A stretch of 64,000 nucleotides of DNA, taken from Hyphomicrobiales bacterium (GTDB lineage: Bacteria; Pseudomonadota; Alphaproteobacteria; Rhizobiales; CBDCVD01). Numbering within the stretch: the first letter of the stretch is position 1; each line of letters starts with the position of its first letter. The position numbers and the translations under genes are program-made. The notes beneath the pieces were generated by a model. The model did not search any database, was not told where the DNA came from, and worked only from the letters and a program-made list of their open reading frames with translations. Of the stretch, positions 62,441 through 64,000 are shown in pieces. The stretch covers positions 2,077,940-2,141,939 of the forward strand of contig OZ244974.1 of assembly GCA_965222955.1 (NCBI GenBank), in the 5' to 3' direction.

Positions 62441-63117
62441 CGAAGCACCATCATCGCGTCCGAATCTTCGGCGCCGAGCCTGGTCTGCACGATACGGGTC
62501 AGCCGCAAAAATACGGTCGATATCAGCCAGTACAGCAGGGCAATCGTCGCAAAGGTCTCTACCGGGGTGAACGTGCGCCCGTTGATGTCATGGGCGGCAT
62601 AGGTCAGTTCGGCCACGGTAATCATCGATAGCAGCGACGATTCCTTGATCATCGTCAAGGCGATATTGGTGCCGGGCGGAAAGACATAGCGATACAACTG
62701 GGGAAAAATGACCCGGCGCATATAAAATCCGTACTTCAAGCCGAGCGCCTCACAGGCATCGAACTGACCCCTGGGAACCGATTCAACACCGCCGCGAAAG
62801 ATCTCGGCAAAATACGCCCCGCCATAGATAGACAGGCAGAAAAAGCCCGTCGTCAGTCCCGCCAGACGAATACCGTAAAAGGGTAGCGCATAAAATACCA
62901 TGAATATCAGGATCAACAACGGTACATTGCGGACGATTTCAATATACGCGATCGCACTCCAGCGCAGAAACCGCCTGGTGGAAATGCGCATCAGACAAAC
63001 GAAGACGCCGATAAAAATCCCGATGGGAATGGAAACCGCGGATATCAGCAATGTATTGCCGATACCGCTGAAAAGAATATCGCGATTGCTCCATATCGCC
63101 ATGTAGTCAAAGTTCAT
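62437..63117 (-). CDS. Amino acid ABC transporter permease (His/Glu/Gln/Arg/opine 3-TM family)
   Basis: 226 aa; N-terminal region typical of the family and EAA-like loop (GQFDACEALGL). Confidence 0.88.
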   Translation of the reverse strand: MNFDYMAIWSNRDILFSGIGNTLLISAVSIPIGIFIGVFVCLMRISTRRFLRWSAIAYIEIVRNVPLLILIFMVFYALPFYGIRLAGLTTGFFCLSIYGGAYFAEIFRGGVESVPRGQFDACEALGLKYGFYMRRVIFPQLYRYVFPPGTNIALTMIKESSLLSMITVAELTYAAHDINGRTFTPVETFATIALLYWLISTVFLRLTRIVQTRLGAEDSDAMMVLR

Positions 63118-63143
63118 CGGTCGTTGTCCTGGATGTGCAATGT

Positions 63144-63177
63144 CAGAATGGTTCTACTAAAACATGGCACCCTCTAG
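63144..63177. repeat. Degenerate A-type right arm overlapping a permease stop codon
   Basis: cagaatggttctactaaaacatggcaccctctag versus cagaatgattctattaagacctgacacgctctag at 18071..18104; the terminal cta is the TAG stop of CDS 63174..63836. Confidence 0.6.
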
Positions 63178-63836
63178 AGGCGATACTTCATCGAACGCCG
63201 CTGCAAAAACTCGCCAAACTGGCTGATTGAAAAGCAGATGACGAAATAGATGAGCGCCGCCAGTCCCAGAACTTCGACCGGGCGAAACGTCTCATTGTAA
63301 AGCATCTGCGAGGCGCGGGTCAGTTCAACCAGCGTGATCGTCGACAAAAGCGGCGTGATCTTGATCACCATGGTGAACTCGTTCACCAGCAGCGGAATAA
63401 CACTGTAATAGACCTGAGGCAGAATGACCTTAAACCAGACCTTGTATTTGGATAGCCCAAGCGCTTGCGCTGCCTCCCATTGCCCGATAGGGATGCGGCT
63501 CAGGCCACCGCGCAGGATTTCCGCAACATAGGCGCCGCTGTTGAAGCCGACGGCCATGATGCCGGCCGTAAACGGGCCGATATTAACGCCGATCAGCGGC
63601 GCGAGCGCATAATAGAAAACCAGGATTTGCACCAGTGCCGGCGTGCCGCGAATAAAGCTGCCATAAACGCCAACGAATTTTCGCAGCAACCAGTATCGGC
63701 TATTGCGCATAAAGAGCAATCCGGTGCCGACAACCAGCCCGACCGCGCAAGCGATCAGCCCGACGAAAATCGTATAAAGCGCCCCCCAAAACAGGGGGCC
63801 CGCCTTCGGGATGATCTCAAGAAACTGAAGGTCCAT
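63174..63836 (-). CDS. Amino acid ABC transporter permease (His/Glu/Gln/Arg/opine 3-TM family)
   Basis: 220 aa; paralogous to 62437..63117; EAA-like loop (GQWEAAQALGLS). Confidence 0.88.
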   Translation of the reverse strand: MDLQFLEIIPKAGPLFWGALYTIFVGLIACAVGLVVGTGLLFMRNSRYWLLRKFVGVYGSFIRGTPALVQILVFYYALAPLIGVNIGPFTAGIMAVGFNSGAYVAEILRGGLSRIPIGQWEAAQALGLSKYKVWFKVILPQVYYSVIPLLVNEFTMVIKITPLLSTITLVELTRASQMLYNETFRPVEVLGLAALIYFVICFSISQFGEFLQRRSMKYRL

Positions 63837-63957
63837 GCGCCAGGGCTTTCCACTTGATGGGCAGTGTCGCGTTGCATTCTGGCGGTTGCGCCGCGACCGC
63901 CTTGCCCCGCCAGCCCCTCATACGGCAAACAAGCGCCTGCCGTATGAGAAAATTGTA

Positions 63958-64000
63958 CGCCTTGAGCTTGGGTATCGCCTCGCCAATCGAGAAACGAAAA
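63958..64000. repeat. A-type arm fragment cut by the window edge
   Basis: ccttgagcttgggtatcgcctcgccaatcgagaaacgaaaa is the reverse complement of the A-type left arm (ttttcgtttctcgattggcgaggcgatacccaggctcaagg). Confidence 0.7.

Overview
GC-rich bacterial chromosomal segment, with GC judged by eye rather than computed. Gene content and order are those of an alphaproteobacterium: rpsL-rpsG-fusA-tuf, then rpsJ through rplQ (S10/spc/alpha operons, with secY-adk-rpsM-rpsK-rpoA-rplQ and no rpmJ/infA/rpsD), and tatABC-serS-surE-pcm-nlpD. Most genes are on the minus strand. I call 71 protein genes, one tRNA-Val(GAC) and one small gene fragment (a crcB 5' relic). I found no rRNA, CRISPR array, integrase, transposase or recognisable defence or prophage module. 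The unusual feature is non-coding. Many of the larger intergenic spacers, including spacers inside the ribosomal-protein, tat and dpp operons, are filled with at least six families of short palindromic MITE-like elements with terminal inverted repeats. I label them A to G. They are nested in one another, and their termini often coincide with the stop codon of the adjacent gene. Secondary observations: (1) a lower-GC DUF707 gene sits between diverged duplicates of the crcB 5' end; (2) a lipoprotein gene lies between tuf and rpsJ; (3) a C12 homopolymer lies between rplQ and lipB; (4) three ABC transporter systems are incomplete, and there are other synteny breaks. CDS coordinates come from the supplied ORF track, with start codons re-picked by hand. 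Repeat coordinates were indexed by hand and may be off by a few nt.
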